NCBI GenBank assembly: GCA_020536535.1
Contig: JAHLWZ010000917.1
Span: 1-47,866, forward strand
Reading direction: 5' to 3'
DNA: 47,866 nucleotides
Source: Pelomyxa schiedti
Taxonomy: Eukaryota; Protista; Evosea
The position numbers were made by a program, and so were the translations under genes. Shown piece by piece: positions 11,999 through 23,140 of the stretch (within the stretch, counting starts at the first letter, position 1; each line of letters begins with the position of its first letter). Below the pieces are notes generated by a model. That model searched no databases, had not been told where the DNA came from, and saw only the letters and a list, made by a program, of their open reading frames with translations.

Positions 11999-14768
11999 AT
12001 GGGAGCGTCACATGCCAAAGGGATGGACCAGACGTTGGATCTGCTGGGTCAACTAACGTGAGTAGATCTGCACCTGGACTTCCACTGCGTGCTTGTTTTG
12101 TTGTTTTTCCCCCTCAGTACAACACTCTTTCTTGGCCCTAATGACAGCGTAAATAAAGGTCGACACAGCCAAGATCCAAAACACCAAAAAAACCAAAGAA
12201 GGCCAAGACCCCAAAAAAGAAAAAAGACAAAGGAGGCAAAGAAAAGGCTGCTAAACCACCTACCTCTTCTTCTTACGGGGGTTAGTATCTTAGTGTATGT
12301 CAGTTTTCCTACCCATATTACAGGGTCAAATTACTGGGCAAAGGGAACTGGTTACGGACATGGTTCTAGTTCAGCTTCTAAAGTTGTTCCCATTTCCCCT
12401 CTTCTGTATTAATAATTGCCAGTGGAACATAAATGAATACCTGACAACTCAAGCAGAGAAAGACAGAGCACTAGAACAAATTCTTGAGAGTAAGTTGGGG
12501 TAGAACCCTCGTAAATCAGTAACTTCAAACAGAAATACAGACTAAAATTGCAAAATCCAATACAAAGGTGGGTTATGAGGAACTGGAAGAATCTTGTCTT
12601 GTACCTGTCCTCGACTCTTATTTGAGAAATGACTCTCTCCTTGATATGGATAGGTACAAGCCAACTTATTCTGTTTCCAATTCAAATGTCTTATGCCAGG
12701 CATAACTCATTGTATACCCATATATTCTCAATTTGTCGAGGTTTAGCCTCCCACGACCAGCTTGCTCCCCTGCTAGGTGCCCTTCCAAATCAGGTTTTCC
12801 TCTTTAAACACACAAATATTTTCATCCAACTCGTGTTCAGACCACACCCTTGATAGACCTTCTTAAAAAACAACACACTCAAGCTTCTGTTTTCATTAAG
12901 CGGGCACCAGCTGACGCAAACGAGCCTGTAATTACGGTAGGTTTGCGCAATACTGGAAATCAATTAAAAACCGCCAGCTGGCAAAAACTATGATTTCTGC
13001 CTATGAGGAAGGCAATACTGCTCTCCAGAAGAGTGCGGTTAAGGCTCACGAACCCAGTACAGCAGCTACAGGCACGGCAGAAAAAAGTCCTGAAGCCACA
13101 ACATCAGAAACAGCAACAGAAAAACCTGGCACATCTACAACTGGAGAGCCTGAAACAGCAACAACATCAACCACAACAACAGAGCCAGCCACAAAAACAG
13201 AACCAGCATCAGCTGAAGGGGAAACATCAACAGCAGCCTCTACAACAACAGAAACAGCTTCTGCATCAGCACCAACAAGCACCACAGATTCTGCAGCCGC
13301 AGAGGCGTCTTCTACTACAGCTTCAGCTGCAGCAACTTCAGTTTCATCACCTCCAGCTAGTTCACCTACTGTAAGCCTCTTCTCCGTAAGAGCTTTGTCC
13401 TCACATATTTCAGGGTGAATCAAGTGAGAAATTTTATGTAACCGAGATGACACCTCTTACCTTTGAGGTATTCCTCTTCATCTTTCCGTTCTCTAAAAAA
13501 AACCGCAGGCTGTAACAATGGATCTTAGCAGCCACCATTTCTATAAGTATAGGGCCTTTCACCAAACTCTTTTGTCTTAACCTTTCTCAGCTCGTCATCG
13601 TCAGTAACAGCAAGTAAACAGAAGGTAATGAGACTTGCCCAAGAACAGGGAATGTAAGCCCTTGAGGTTCCCAAATCATTGCCAAAAGTTTTTGAATTTC
13701 TTCAGATTTGCTACTGCACTACCTCTTGATTGGCAGTCCAGTGTTTTTGTTAGAGCAGATGAAAACAATATGGATTTCCTACGAGCCCTAATAACTGGTA
13801 CCCGGTGTGAAACTTCAAATGGTTTGTCACCATGTTCAGGGCCCATGGCTGCGGACTATGGTTCTACAAGTACACCGTATGCTGGAGGCTGCTTTATGTT
13901 TGATATTTTTATCGTACTAAACTTTTTTCTCTTTGAAGTGAAAATCCCTTACCGTCTATAGCCTCATAACTACCCCGACTCTCCACCGCAAGTAAATTTG
14001 CAAACAACAGGCAATGGCGCAGTGCGCTTCAACCCCAATTTGTACAACTGTGGCAAAGGTAAACTGGTTCAACTTATATTCAATTTTAATACATAACTAG
14101 TGTGCCTATCCTTACTCGGGACATGGTCTGGGGCGGAGGTACTTGTCTGACAGTTGAGTTTTTCTTCAATTCTAACAATTTCAGGGGGAGACTTGGAATA
14201 GAAGCACAAGCACACTGCTTCAAGTACTTTCAGCCATACTTGCCAATTTTAACACCAATTTCAGGTTTTTGTGTCTGTTCAATCTCTCATCTTTGTCCCC
14301 ATGCCTTATTTTAATGAACCAGGCTATGAATCACAAATAGGTTGCCAACTATTGAGGTTACATTTCACTCACAACACAAACAGGATCATCATCAGGAGAT
14401 TCCCAGAACCGATCTTACAATGAAGTATTTTACTTTGAACATTTCTAAAACATCCAACTCCACGCAGGTTATCCGTATGGGTACACTTGATCACGCCATA
14501 ATCGGTCAACTTCAAAACCCATCCCCCGGGTTTGAGGTGACCCCACTCTGTACTTTTGTTCCTTCCTCACCCCAAACAATAACAGGAAGTTATCAGGAAG
14601 CACTTCTACCTTCTGCAACACCGCATTGTGGAGCAAGTCAATAGGTGGATTGCCGAAGATGAGAAATTCGGCAGCACTTCGCATGCTGCCAAACTCAGAG
14701 AACGCTTAGCCACAGCCAAAACCCTTTTTGCTGGTCTCAAGTACAGCTTTCCCCCACTGAAAGCTTGA
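11999..14768 (+). CDS. BIRC6/BRUCE-type ubiquitin-conjugating (E2) protein without BIR domain (multi-exon; start uncertain)
   Basis: [80 protein letters not shown]|VCLSLLGTW (catalytic Cys after intron 14059-14100), [20 protein letters not shown]; TGA 14766-14768. Confidence 0.87.
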
Positions 14769-14914
14769 TGTAAAAACTATTTTTTTTAAATGCAACTTGG
14801 CCTCCTGCCTAATTTTGGTCTCGCGTTTTCACGATAAATGCACCAACGCTTTTTAAGTACAACGATCTGGAAAAAAACAAAAAAAACAAAAAAAACCTGA
14901 AAAACAAATAAACG

Positions 14915-17440
14915 ATGTCGCTTGGTTATACTTTGCCGGACGTCAACCAAAACGAGGTTTGGCTACGAGTATTTCTCCCTTTTTACTTATTAATCCGGGT
15001 CAAACAGGTCAAGGCAACAATCGATCCCCCAACAACGAAACTCGATACCCCTGCTCTGTCTTCAGTTGTGCAAGTTGAGCCTACGTCGCCAGTTCCCGTC
15101 ATTCAGCACGTGAAAGTACCCTGGAACCGAAACAACACCGCGTCAGTTAGGACTCACCGCCCTGCTGGTTCCAGGCAGCCGGCATCTGTTTACCTATCCA
15201 TGCTTAAGGTGGGCCTATCTGCCGGAATCGTACGCCAGAGAATGACCGTTGATGGGATGTCTGTGGCCGAAATAGACTCACTTTTCAGAGGTGTCACTTT
15301 GGATCCTGGCTGTGCCGCTACCACTGGCACGACTACTGCGACTACAACTCCTACTGTTTCTGTTTCCGAGTCTGACGCCAAGTCCACTAATACTGGTTAT
15401 CATACAGTAACATCGAGCGGAGCTATTTCCAATCCTGTTGCTCACAGGGGAAGTTGCATTAGAGTGGGCCTCACTAACACCAACACAAATAAATACATGA
15501 CTATGCTGAAAGCTGGTCTTTCAGAAGATGTTGTGAGGCAAAGAATGACTATCGTGGATCACCTTACTCCCGAGGCAGTAGAGGCTTTCTTCCAGAAGCT
15601 CGCTAATGTACCCTCAACCGATACCAAGTGCGATGCTGCTCCTACTACCGTTACAGAGAACACCGACCAGGGGATAACTCTTTGTAAATATACCAGTATG
15701 CTGAAGGCTGGTCTGTGTGCTGAAGTAATACAGCAGAAGATGGCCCTTGACGGTGTTGCACCTGCTCAGATTGAAGAATTTTTCAAGGCACACCAACTGC
15801 AGAGCACTATTGTCATTGACAGGGCAAATTCTTACTCATCTGTCACCAAGAGAACCATGTCCCCGGAGATAAACAAGCCCGTTGTTAACACATCGAGGTA
15901 CATTAAGATGCTCAAGGCAGGGGTTTCCGAGCCTCAAGTACGTCAAAGGATGACAATTGTCGACCACCTTTCAGCTGAGCAAGTTCAGCACTTCTTCCAA
16001 TTAATCCGTTCATCACCTATGGCAACAGCAATTCCTTGTAGCGGTGCAAAGTGCGGCTTGTATAGGTTCACTGAGATGATCAAAGCAGGGGTTCCCATTG
16101 AAGCAGTTCGACAGAAGATGGCTATTGATAAGGTCGCTCAGGAAGTCATTGATGCATACTTCTCTCAAGTACAAGAGCAATCTTGCCACCCAGTCTTCCT
16201 GAAGAAATACAAATCAATGTTGAAAGCTGGTTCTTCGGCGACCACTGTAGAACAGACCATGCGCCTCGATGGCATCAGTGACACGCAAATAAAAGAAATA
16301 AAGTTTCCGTCAGCCACATCTTCACTCGTACAAACACCTCTGTGCAATAAATGCGTGTATTCAACGATGCTACAAGTGGGTCTATCTGAGGCTGCAGTGC
16401 GGCAAAGGATGTCCGTGGATGGGGTCCCTCTTACTCAAATAGATCAATTTTTCAGCACCCATTCCACTCCAGCTTCCTTGACAGAATCCAGGAATAAGAC
16501 TTGCTCAGCCAAATACTCCATGATGATTAAAGCGGGCATTTCTGAAGGAGCAGTACGGCAGAGGATGATGGTGGTTGATAACCTCTCCCCGCCACAAGTC
16601 GATGCCTTCTTTTCTAAAATTTCCTCTGGTGTCAAGGCAACAGCGTTAGATCAGAGGCCGTTGAATACCACAGAGACTTTCAAGTTGACCCATAGGTGTA
16701 TCTATTCCAGAATGCTGAAAGCTGGACTGTCTGAAGCAATGGTGCGCCAGAGAATGCATGTGGATGGCGTTACACCTTTCGATGTAGATGCCTTCTTCTC
16801 TGAGGGGCTCACTGACCGGTGTTGCTGCACATTCTCTAGTAATTCCAGGGCAAACAGAGATGTAAGTTTGTATATTGCAATGCTGCATGTTGGTGTGCCG
16901 GAAGCCGCAGTGCAACAAAGGATGCTCCTAGATGGTATTGATAAGGCACAAGTAGACGCCCTTTTCCAATCTCAGACCTACAAGTCCGCATGCGCCTCAT
17001 GGCCCATTACAAGCCCATCATCTAACTCAACTTCCAGTTCCGCGTCTTGCACTTCCCCCACTGCAACTACAAAAACAGAAGAGGGTACCGCTCAACCAAC
17101 AGCCGCGGCACCAGTAACTGCGAAGCCGAGTGCACCAGTAACACTCTACACCAAGATGCTGCAAGCCGGAATTCCGGCCGAGGCCGTTCGTCAGCGTATG
17201 CTTGTGACAGACCACCTGACAACCCAGCAGGTAGAATCCTTCTTTGCCTGTGGGAATTCTACTGCTACTGGAACCGAGGAGCTTCCCATAATCACAGAGC
17301 CGCCACCCGCGGATGTTTCCATCTACACCGCAATGCTCCACGTGGGAGTCTGTGCCTACGCCGTGCGCCAAAAGATGGCCATAGATGGTATCCCCGAGCA
17401 CCAGATTGAGGCTTTCTTCGACTCTCATCTGGACCATTGA
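14915..17440 (+). CDS. Protein built of 12 copies of a CCDC53/WASHC3 C-terminal-like motif
   Basis: 12 copies of Y-x-x-M-L/I-K/Q/H-x-G-(L/V/I)-x4-V-R/Q-Q-R/K-M-x2/3-D...FF separated by Ser/Thr-rich linkers. Probable in-frame intron at ~14957-15007. Confidence 0.8.
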   Translation: MSLGYTLPDVNQNEVWLRVFLPFYLLIRVKQVKATIDPPTTKLDTPALSSVVQVEPTSPVPVIQHVKVPWNRNNTASVRTHRPAGSRQPASVYLSMLKVGLSAGIVRQRMTVDGMSVAEIDSLFRGVTLDPGCAATTGTTTATTTPTVSVSESDAKSTNTGYHTVTSSGAISNPVAHRGSCIRVGLTNTNTNKYMTMLKAGLSEDVVRQRMTIVDHLTPEAVEAFFQKLANVPSTDTKCDAAPTTVTENTDQGITLCKYTSMLKAGLCAEVIQQKMALDGVAPAQIEEFFKAHQLQSTIVIDRANSYSSVTKRTMSPEINKPVVNTSRYIKMLKAGVSEPQVRQRMTIVDHLSAEQVQHFFQLIRSSPMATAIPCSGAKCGLYRFTEMIKAGVPIEAVRQKMAIDKVAQEVIDAYFSQVQEQSCHPVFLKKYKSMLKAGSSATTVEQTMRLDGISDTQIKEIKFPSATSSLVQTPLCNKCVYSTMLQVGLSEAAVRQRMSVDGVPLTQIDQFFSTHSTPASLTESRNKTCSAKYSMMIKAGISEGAVRQRMMVVDNLSPPQVDAFFSKISSGVKATALDQRPLNTTETFKLTHRCIYSRMLKAGLSEAMVRQRMHVDGVTPFDVDAFFSEGLTDRCCCTFSSNSRANRDVSLYIAMLHVGVPEAAVQQRMLLDGIDKAQVDALFQSQTYKSACASWPITSPSSNSTSSSASCTSPTATTKTEEGTAQPTAAAPVTAKPSAPVTLYTKMLQAGIPAEAVRQRMLVTDHLTTQQVESFFACGNSTATGTEELPIITEPPPADVSIYTAMLHVGVCAYAVRQKMAIDGIPEHQIEAFFDSHLDH

Positions 17441-17696
17441 ACTCCCAGCACCTTCAATCGCTCTTTAATAAAACTTCATTTTCTTCATCTTTTTATTTCA
17501 AATCGCCCACAGACAGCGCTATGTTTAGACATCAAGGTATTCGGTGCGAACGGGGAAAACGCCCACGGAAACACAAAATTAGCCAAAGAGAAAATATTAC
17601 CCCAATAAACAAAAAAAAAGGAGCCCGACCAGGCAACAACAAGCGGATCTCGGCGTAACCTCCATCTCCTCAGCAACACCACAAAGCACAGAGAAT

Positions 17697-19298
17697 ATGA
17701 TCCGAGACAATTCACGTGGTCAGACGCACCAAGTCGACTGCCACTTTTCTTCCAGCAGCGTTACGAGCCACAACAACGGCGGCCCCGAGGCAAATCACGG
17801 GCCAGATCTATCGCCCATCATCGCGGAGGCTGAATCAGGCAACATCGGCGCGATGAAGAAAATGGGCACATATTTGCACAAGGGATGGGGCGTCGCCGTC
17901 GATCACGCAAGGGCGTTCAAATACTTCAAGATGGCCGCCGATCTGGGCGACGTTGACTCCCTCAACACTCTCGGCGAGATGTATCGCGATGGAGAAGGCG
18001 TCGGGAAGAATCCCGCTGCTGCTTTCAGGTGCTTTGAGAGTGCTGCTGCTCGCGATCATGTTGGCGCCACGTACAATCTCGCATGGTGCTATGTCGAGGG
18101 CGTGGGAGTTGCAGAAGACACAGCGAGAGCTGTTCCTCTTCTTGAAAAGGCTGCTGCTGCTGGGAAGCTCGACGCAATCCAGACACTTGGTCGCTGCTAT
18201 CTTCTGGGAAGCGGTGTTGCCAAAGACTTGCCGAAGGCGTTTGAATTGTTTCAGAAGGCTGTCAGCAACGGGAGGGCTCTGTCAAAGTTCGACCTCGCCA
18301 AGTTTTACCGGGATGGAATACTTGTGCCCCAGGACACGGCGAAGGCACTCAGTCTGCTTCGGGAGGCTGCGGATGCAGGAAGCATCGAGGCAGTGGCCGA
18401 CTTGGGCCAGCATTATCTGTTAGGGGATGGTGTCGTGAAGGATGTCAGAAAAGCAGCCGAGCTACTCCAGCAAGCAGCGGTCGCAGGAGAGCCATCCGCG
18501 CAGTTCCTACTGTTTACAATGCATAAGTGTGGAGAGGGAGTTCCTCGTGATTGGAAAAAGGCAGGGTCTCTTCTTACCCTTTCCGCAAGTGGAGGGTATC
18601 CACCAGCAATGCGTGAACTGGGCCAACACTTCCTCAGGGGTCAAGGAGTTCCAAAAGATCCGGCTAAAGGCGTTGAACTGCTTCAAAAAGCTGCAAGTGC
18701 AGGGGATTTGGAGGCAAAGACCATCCTGGCTCAGTTGAATCACCAAGATGTGGCTGCCGATTCCAGCACACTGAACTTTATTACCGAGCAGAAGAAAGCA
18801 GCAGAGAGAGGCACACCCAGTTCCTTGAGGAGCATTGGGCTCATGACGCTATATGGGAAATGGGTAGACAAAGACCCCGAACTTGCCGTTTCATATCTCC
18901 AGAGAGCCGCTGCAGCGGGAGATCCCAGCGCGGTAGCTCATCTTGCAGTATGCTACGAATACGGAGAAGGTGTTTCCAAGGACTTGGCCAAAGCAGAAGA
19001 ACTTTACCAACAGCTCGGCGAAACTGAAAGAGGCGCTGCGCTACTGAGTATAGCGAAGACATATGAATGCGGAGACCCGGCGTTCAACATTGAAAAGGAC
19101 CCAGTGAAAGCCATTGCAATTTACCGCAGAGCAGCGTCACTCGGGGTAGCGACTGCACGGGCCAGGCTACAGTACATCTCAGTCGATGCCGATGAATTCT
19201 GGGAGCACATTCTCCCCGTTATACTGCCCTCCTTGTTCCCCATGCTACGTGGCAGAGGTTTCCCGTACGACGAAACGAAGCCCTTTTCTCTCTACTAA
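17697..19298 (+). CDS. Sel1-like repeat (SLR) protein, intronless, paralog A
   Basis: 533-aa ORF with about 11-12 repeats of the type A..LG..Y..G.GV.KD...A...F..AA..G. Confidence 0.93.
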   Translation: MIRDNSRGQTHQVDCHFSSSSVTSHNNGGPEANHGPDLSPIIAEAESGNIGAMKKMGTYLHKGWGVAVDHARAFKYFKMAADLGDVDSLNTLGEMYRDGEGVGKNPAAAFRCFESAAARDHVGATYNLAWCYVEGVGVAEDTARAVPLLEKAAAAGKLDAIQTLGRCYLLGSGVAKDLPKAFELFQKAVSNGRALSKFDLAKFYRDGILVPQDTAKALSLLREAADAGSIEAVADLGQHYLLGDGVVKDVRKAAELLQQAAVAGEPSAQFLLFTMHKCGEGVPRDWKKAGSLLTLSASGGYPPAMRELGQHFLRGQGVPKDPAKGVELLQKAASAGDLEAKTILAQLNHQDVAADSSTLNFITEQKKAAERGTPSSLRSIGLMTLYGKWVDKDPELAVSYLQRAAAAGDPSAVAHLAVCYEYGEGVSKDLAKAEELYQQLGETERGAALLSIAKTYECGDPAFNIEKDPVKAIAIYRRAASLGVATARARLQYISVDADEFWEHILPVILPSLFPMLRGRGFPYDETKPFSLY

Positions 19299-19554
19299 GT
19301 GAAAAATACCCAGAAAAAAACCTTTCTTTGTCTTCCTGTTTTCTTTCATTCTTGTTGGCCTGCCCAACCCTTAAAAATCATCTTCTGAAACGACACCCTC
19401 GGAGATGCCACTGACCTTAGGTCAAAAATAAAATGAAAAGTTGGATCTTTTTTTTCAAAACAAAAATAAAGTAAGACATCGAACCACGCGCGGATCTCGG
19501 CAGTACGTTTCCCCGTTACATAGCGAAACCTAACACAACAGAGTAACAGTAAAG

Positions 19555-21132
19555 ATGAGACGAAGCAACAAAACAGACAGTGTTGACTTTCACTTCGCTT
19601 CAAGCAACGTAACAAGCAACAACGAGGCAAATCACGGGCCAGATCTATCGCCCATCATCGCGGAGGCTGAATCAGGCAACATCGGCGCGATGAAGAAAAT
19701 GGGCACATATTTGCACAAGGGATGGGGCGTCGCCGTCGATCACGCAAGGGCGTTCAAATACTTCAAGATGGCCGCCGATCTGGGCGACGTTGACTCCCTC
19801 AACACTCTCGGCGAGATGTATCGCGATGGAGAAGGCGTCGGGAAGAATCCCGCTGCTGCTTTCAGGTGCTTTGAGAGTGCTGCTGCTCGCGATCATGTTG
19901 GCGCCACGTGCAATCTCGCATGGTGTTACACTGATGGTGTTGGAGTTGCAGAAGATACAGCGAGAGCTGTTCCTCTTCTTGAAAAGGCTGCTGCTGCTGG
20001 GAAGCTCGACGCAATCCAGACACTTGGTCGCTGCTATCTTGTGGGGAAGGGTGTTGCCAAAGACTTGCCAAAGGCGTTCGAATTGTTTCAGAAGGCTGTC
20101 AGCAACGGGAGGGCTCTGTCAAAGTTCGACCTCGCCAAGTTTTACCGGGATGGAATACTTGTGCCCCAGGACTCGGCCATGGCAGTCAATTTGTATAGGG
20201 AGGCAGCTAACGCCGGAAGCACCGCGGCAGTGTACTGCTTGGGCGTCTGTTTAATGATGGGGGATGGTGTGAAGAAAGATGTCACAAAAGCAGCCGCGCT
20301 GTTCCAAGCAGCAGCAAATTCAGGAGATGAGAATTCGATGTTCATCCTCTCTGTACTGTATGAAGTTGGGGAAGGTGTTCCGCGGGATGCAAAGAAAGCA
20401 CTGTCACTTCTGATCTGTTCTGCAAATGGAGGGTGTCCAACGGCTATGAGTAAACTGGGAACAATGTACTTCTATGGTGACAGTAGAGTGCCAAAAAACC
20501 CCCAAAAAGGCCTTGGGCTGCTTCAGCAAGCTGCAAATGCAGGAGATTTGCAGGCAAAGACTTTCCTTGCTGCAATAAATCACCAAGATATGCCTGGCTG
20601 TTCCCTGAGGAACCTTGATATTCAAAGCGATGAAGGTGATGAAGTGAATACAATTACCGAGCTCAAGAAGTTAGCAGAGAGGGGTGCACCTATGGCACAG
20701 GAGGTACTTGGGATAATGGCGAAATATGGGAGATGCGTTGAGAAAGACCCTGAGCTTGCCTTCTTATATTTCCAGAGAGCCGACGCAGCAGGAGAAGCCG
20801 CGGCAACAGCCCAGCTTGCGTTGTGCTATGAATACGGCGAAGGTGTTACCAAGGATTTGGCCAAAGCAGAGGCTTTGTACAGAAAGCTTCTAGACACTGG
20901 AAAAGCCTCGGAGCTCATACCCATTGCCCGAGCATATGAGACGGGGGAGCGAGAGCCGCCCATCATTGAAAAGGATAAAGCCAAGGCCACTGCCATTTAC
21001 CGCAGAGCAGCATCACTCGGGGTCACGATTGCACAAGTCAGGCTGCAGTACCTCTCAGTCGACGCCGATGTCTTCTGGGAGACTATTGTTCCCACCATCG
21101 AGGCTTTGCTTCCTAAGACAGTTGGTTATTGA
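19555..21132 (+). CDS. Sel1-like repeat (SLR) protein, intronless, paralog B
   Basis: 525-aa ORF colinear with paralog A, with the same repeat consensus. Confidence 0.93.
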   Translation: MRRSNKTDSVDFHFASSNVTSNNEANHGPDLSPIIAEAESGNIGAMKKMGTYLHKGWGVAVDHARAFKYFKMAADLGDVDSLNTLGEMYRDGEGVGKNPAAAFRCFESAAARDHVGATCNLAWCYTDGVGVAEDTARAVPLLEKAAAAGKLDAIQTLGRCYLVGKGVAKDLPKAFELFQKAVSNGRALSKFDLAKFYRDGILVPQDSAMAVNLYREAANAGSTAAVYCLGVCLMMGDGVKKDVTKAAALFQAAANSGDENSMFILSVLYEVGEGVPRDAKKALSLLICSANGGCPTAMSKLGTMYFYGDSRVPKNPQKGLGLLQQAANAGDLQAKTFLAAINHQDMPGCSLRNLDIQSDEGDEVNTITELKKLAERGAPMAQEVLGIMAKYGRCVEKDPELAFLYFQRADAAGEAAATAQLALCYEYGEGVTKDLAKAEALYRKLLDTGKASELIPIARAYETGEREPPIIEKDKAKATAIYRRAASLGVTIAQVRLQYLSVDADVFWETIVPTIEALLPKTVGY

Positions 21133-21418
21133 CGTGTTCCCTACCACGAAGCTCAATGTCCACCACACTAACTAATCTATAAGGGAGAATAAAAATANNN
21201 NNNNNNNNNNNNNNNNNNNNNNNNNNNNNNNNNNNNNNNNNNNNNNNNNNNNNNNNNNNNNNNNNNNNNNNNNNNNNNNNNNNNNNNNNNNNNNNNNGGG
21301 AGACTATTGTTCCCACCATCGAGGCTTTGCTTCCTAAGACAGTTGGTTATTGACGTGTTCCCTACCACGAAGCTCAATGTCCACCACACTAACTAATCTA
21401 TAAGGGAGAATAAAAATA
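21077..21418. other. 100-N gap (21198-21297) flanked by an exact 121-bp direct duplication
   Basis: 21077-21197 is identical to 21298-21418. Confidence 0.92.
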
Positions 21419-21487
21419 CATTTTCTCTATCCATCACCATCCGATCAAACCCGTTTTCAGCAAGCGAAAAAAACAAACAAACAAAAA

Positions 21488-22942
21488 ATGGACCCACTGG
21501 ACGCGGCGGTATGGTTACATAGATCTTGGTTGTGGTGTTGTTGAGATGAACCACAGACTGCAGTGAGAGTAACAAACATAAACCCGACAACGGAACTTAA
21601 GACTGTAGTCGATTTCTTTGCCTACTGTGGTACTGTGCGCACGGTCACATTCCAACAGTGTGTGGATCTACGTGGTTGCATGCACTAATGGTTTCTCGCT
21701 TTTTTTTGTTTTTTTATTTTGACTAAAAGAAACCCTGATGTGGACGACGGAACCAAGGAGGCATATGTTTTTTTCGAGAACCCCTCTGCCGCTAAGGCTG
21801 CACTTTTGCTCACAAATACAATTCTTTCGGATTCTGCCATAGTCGTACTGCCCCATGTAGTGAAGTTACCTGAAGAAGTCCCCCGTACTCCAGATACTGT
21901 AACCTTTACGTCTCATCCTGAGGTGATATATGCCTTCCACAGATTTAGCATTCTAAATTATGCTAGGTGGAGAAACCAGAACCAACAAAACCCCCCACAG
22001 CTGTAATGCCCTTTTTTTGTGTGTAGTGATTACTATCTTAACCTTCCAAAGAATAAGGGTTTATTCTCTTCTGTAATTTCAAATACCTACACGTTTGGCT
22101 CTGGACTCCTTCGTACAGCAAAAGGAATTGATGGTAGGTTTCCCTATTTCCTAGTTTTTCTAGCTAAACTTCACAAGAAAAACACAATGTGAGTGGTAGT
22201 GTTCAAGCTACAGGGGACCTTCTAAGAAATAAAATCACAGAGCTGGACAACAACTACCTTCATTTGAGGTATGTTATTGAACATCGATATAATTACCAAT
22301 AAACTGCCTATTTCAAGTCAAGTTGTCAATCAGCTTACTGCATCCTTAAACTCATTTGATAACGCCCATGGAATCTCTAAGGCTACATATGGTGGGATGA
22401 AGACACTAAGCACAACTATTGGTACTCAGACTGACATTGCACGTGAATCGGCTTCGAAACTTGCATCCACTGTAAGTACACCAGCTTTGGTCGCCAAACA
22501 ATTTGATTGCAAATTGCAGGTTGGTGATTCGGTCAATACGGCCCCAGTACTTGGGCAAGGAGTAAAGGCTATGGTTTCAGTGGGACAAACTCTTGGGCGG
22601 TCCATTAACAATGTTTCCAAAGAAATTTCTGCCGAGATAGATGCCGCCGACCCTTCTACCCGTGTTGACAAATCGGAGCACCCAACCACATCACCAACAA
22701 GTACAACAACACCAACAGAGCTGCTACCTACAACAATGTCCTCCGTCATTCCCACAGAAGAACCCTTAATCCCACTTTCCACGTCTCCGCATGAGGAGCT
22801 TCTCCAACCAACAACCACACCAGACGAGATATTATTGATTTCTCCAGAAGAAGGACAAATCACAGAGGGGCTACTCACCTCTGCAGCCACAACCACAACC
22901 ACAACAACCACTTCAGCATTCCTTTCCGAAGGTGGTCTTTGA
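21488..22942 (+). CDS. Vip1/BPA1-like RRM protein with Thr/Pro-rich tail (multi-exon)
   Basis: Spliced MDPLDAA|TAVRVTNINPTTELKTVVDFFAYCGTVRTV...EAYVFFENPSAAKAALLLTNTILSDSAIVV matches the Vip1-like RRM pattern; ends with ORF 22271-22942. Confidence 0.78.
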
Positions 22943-23140
22943 CATCCACCATAAGTCACCCCACTTCTGTGTACAAACTAAGCATAATTCAATTTTGGAC
23001 TCTTGCCCATGGGCTCCCACCCTTTGTTGTCTCCTTCGCGGTCCCGCTCACTGTTTCGCAGCACCGAACAGTTTTCTTCTTTTCTGGGTTTCTGCGTTGG
23101 AAAAAAGCCCGATTGGCAACACCAAAGGACAGGGCAGGCA

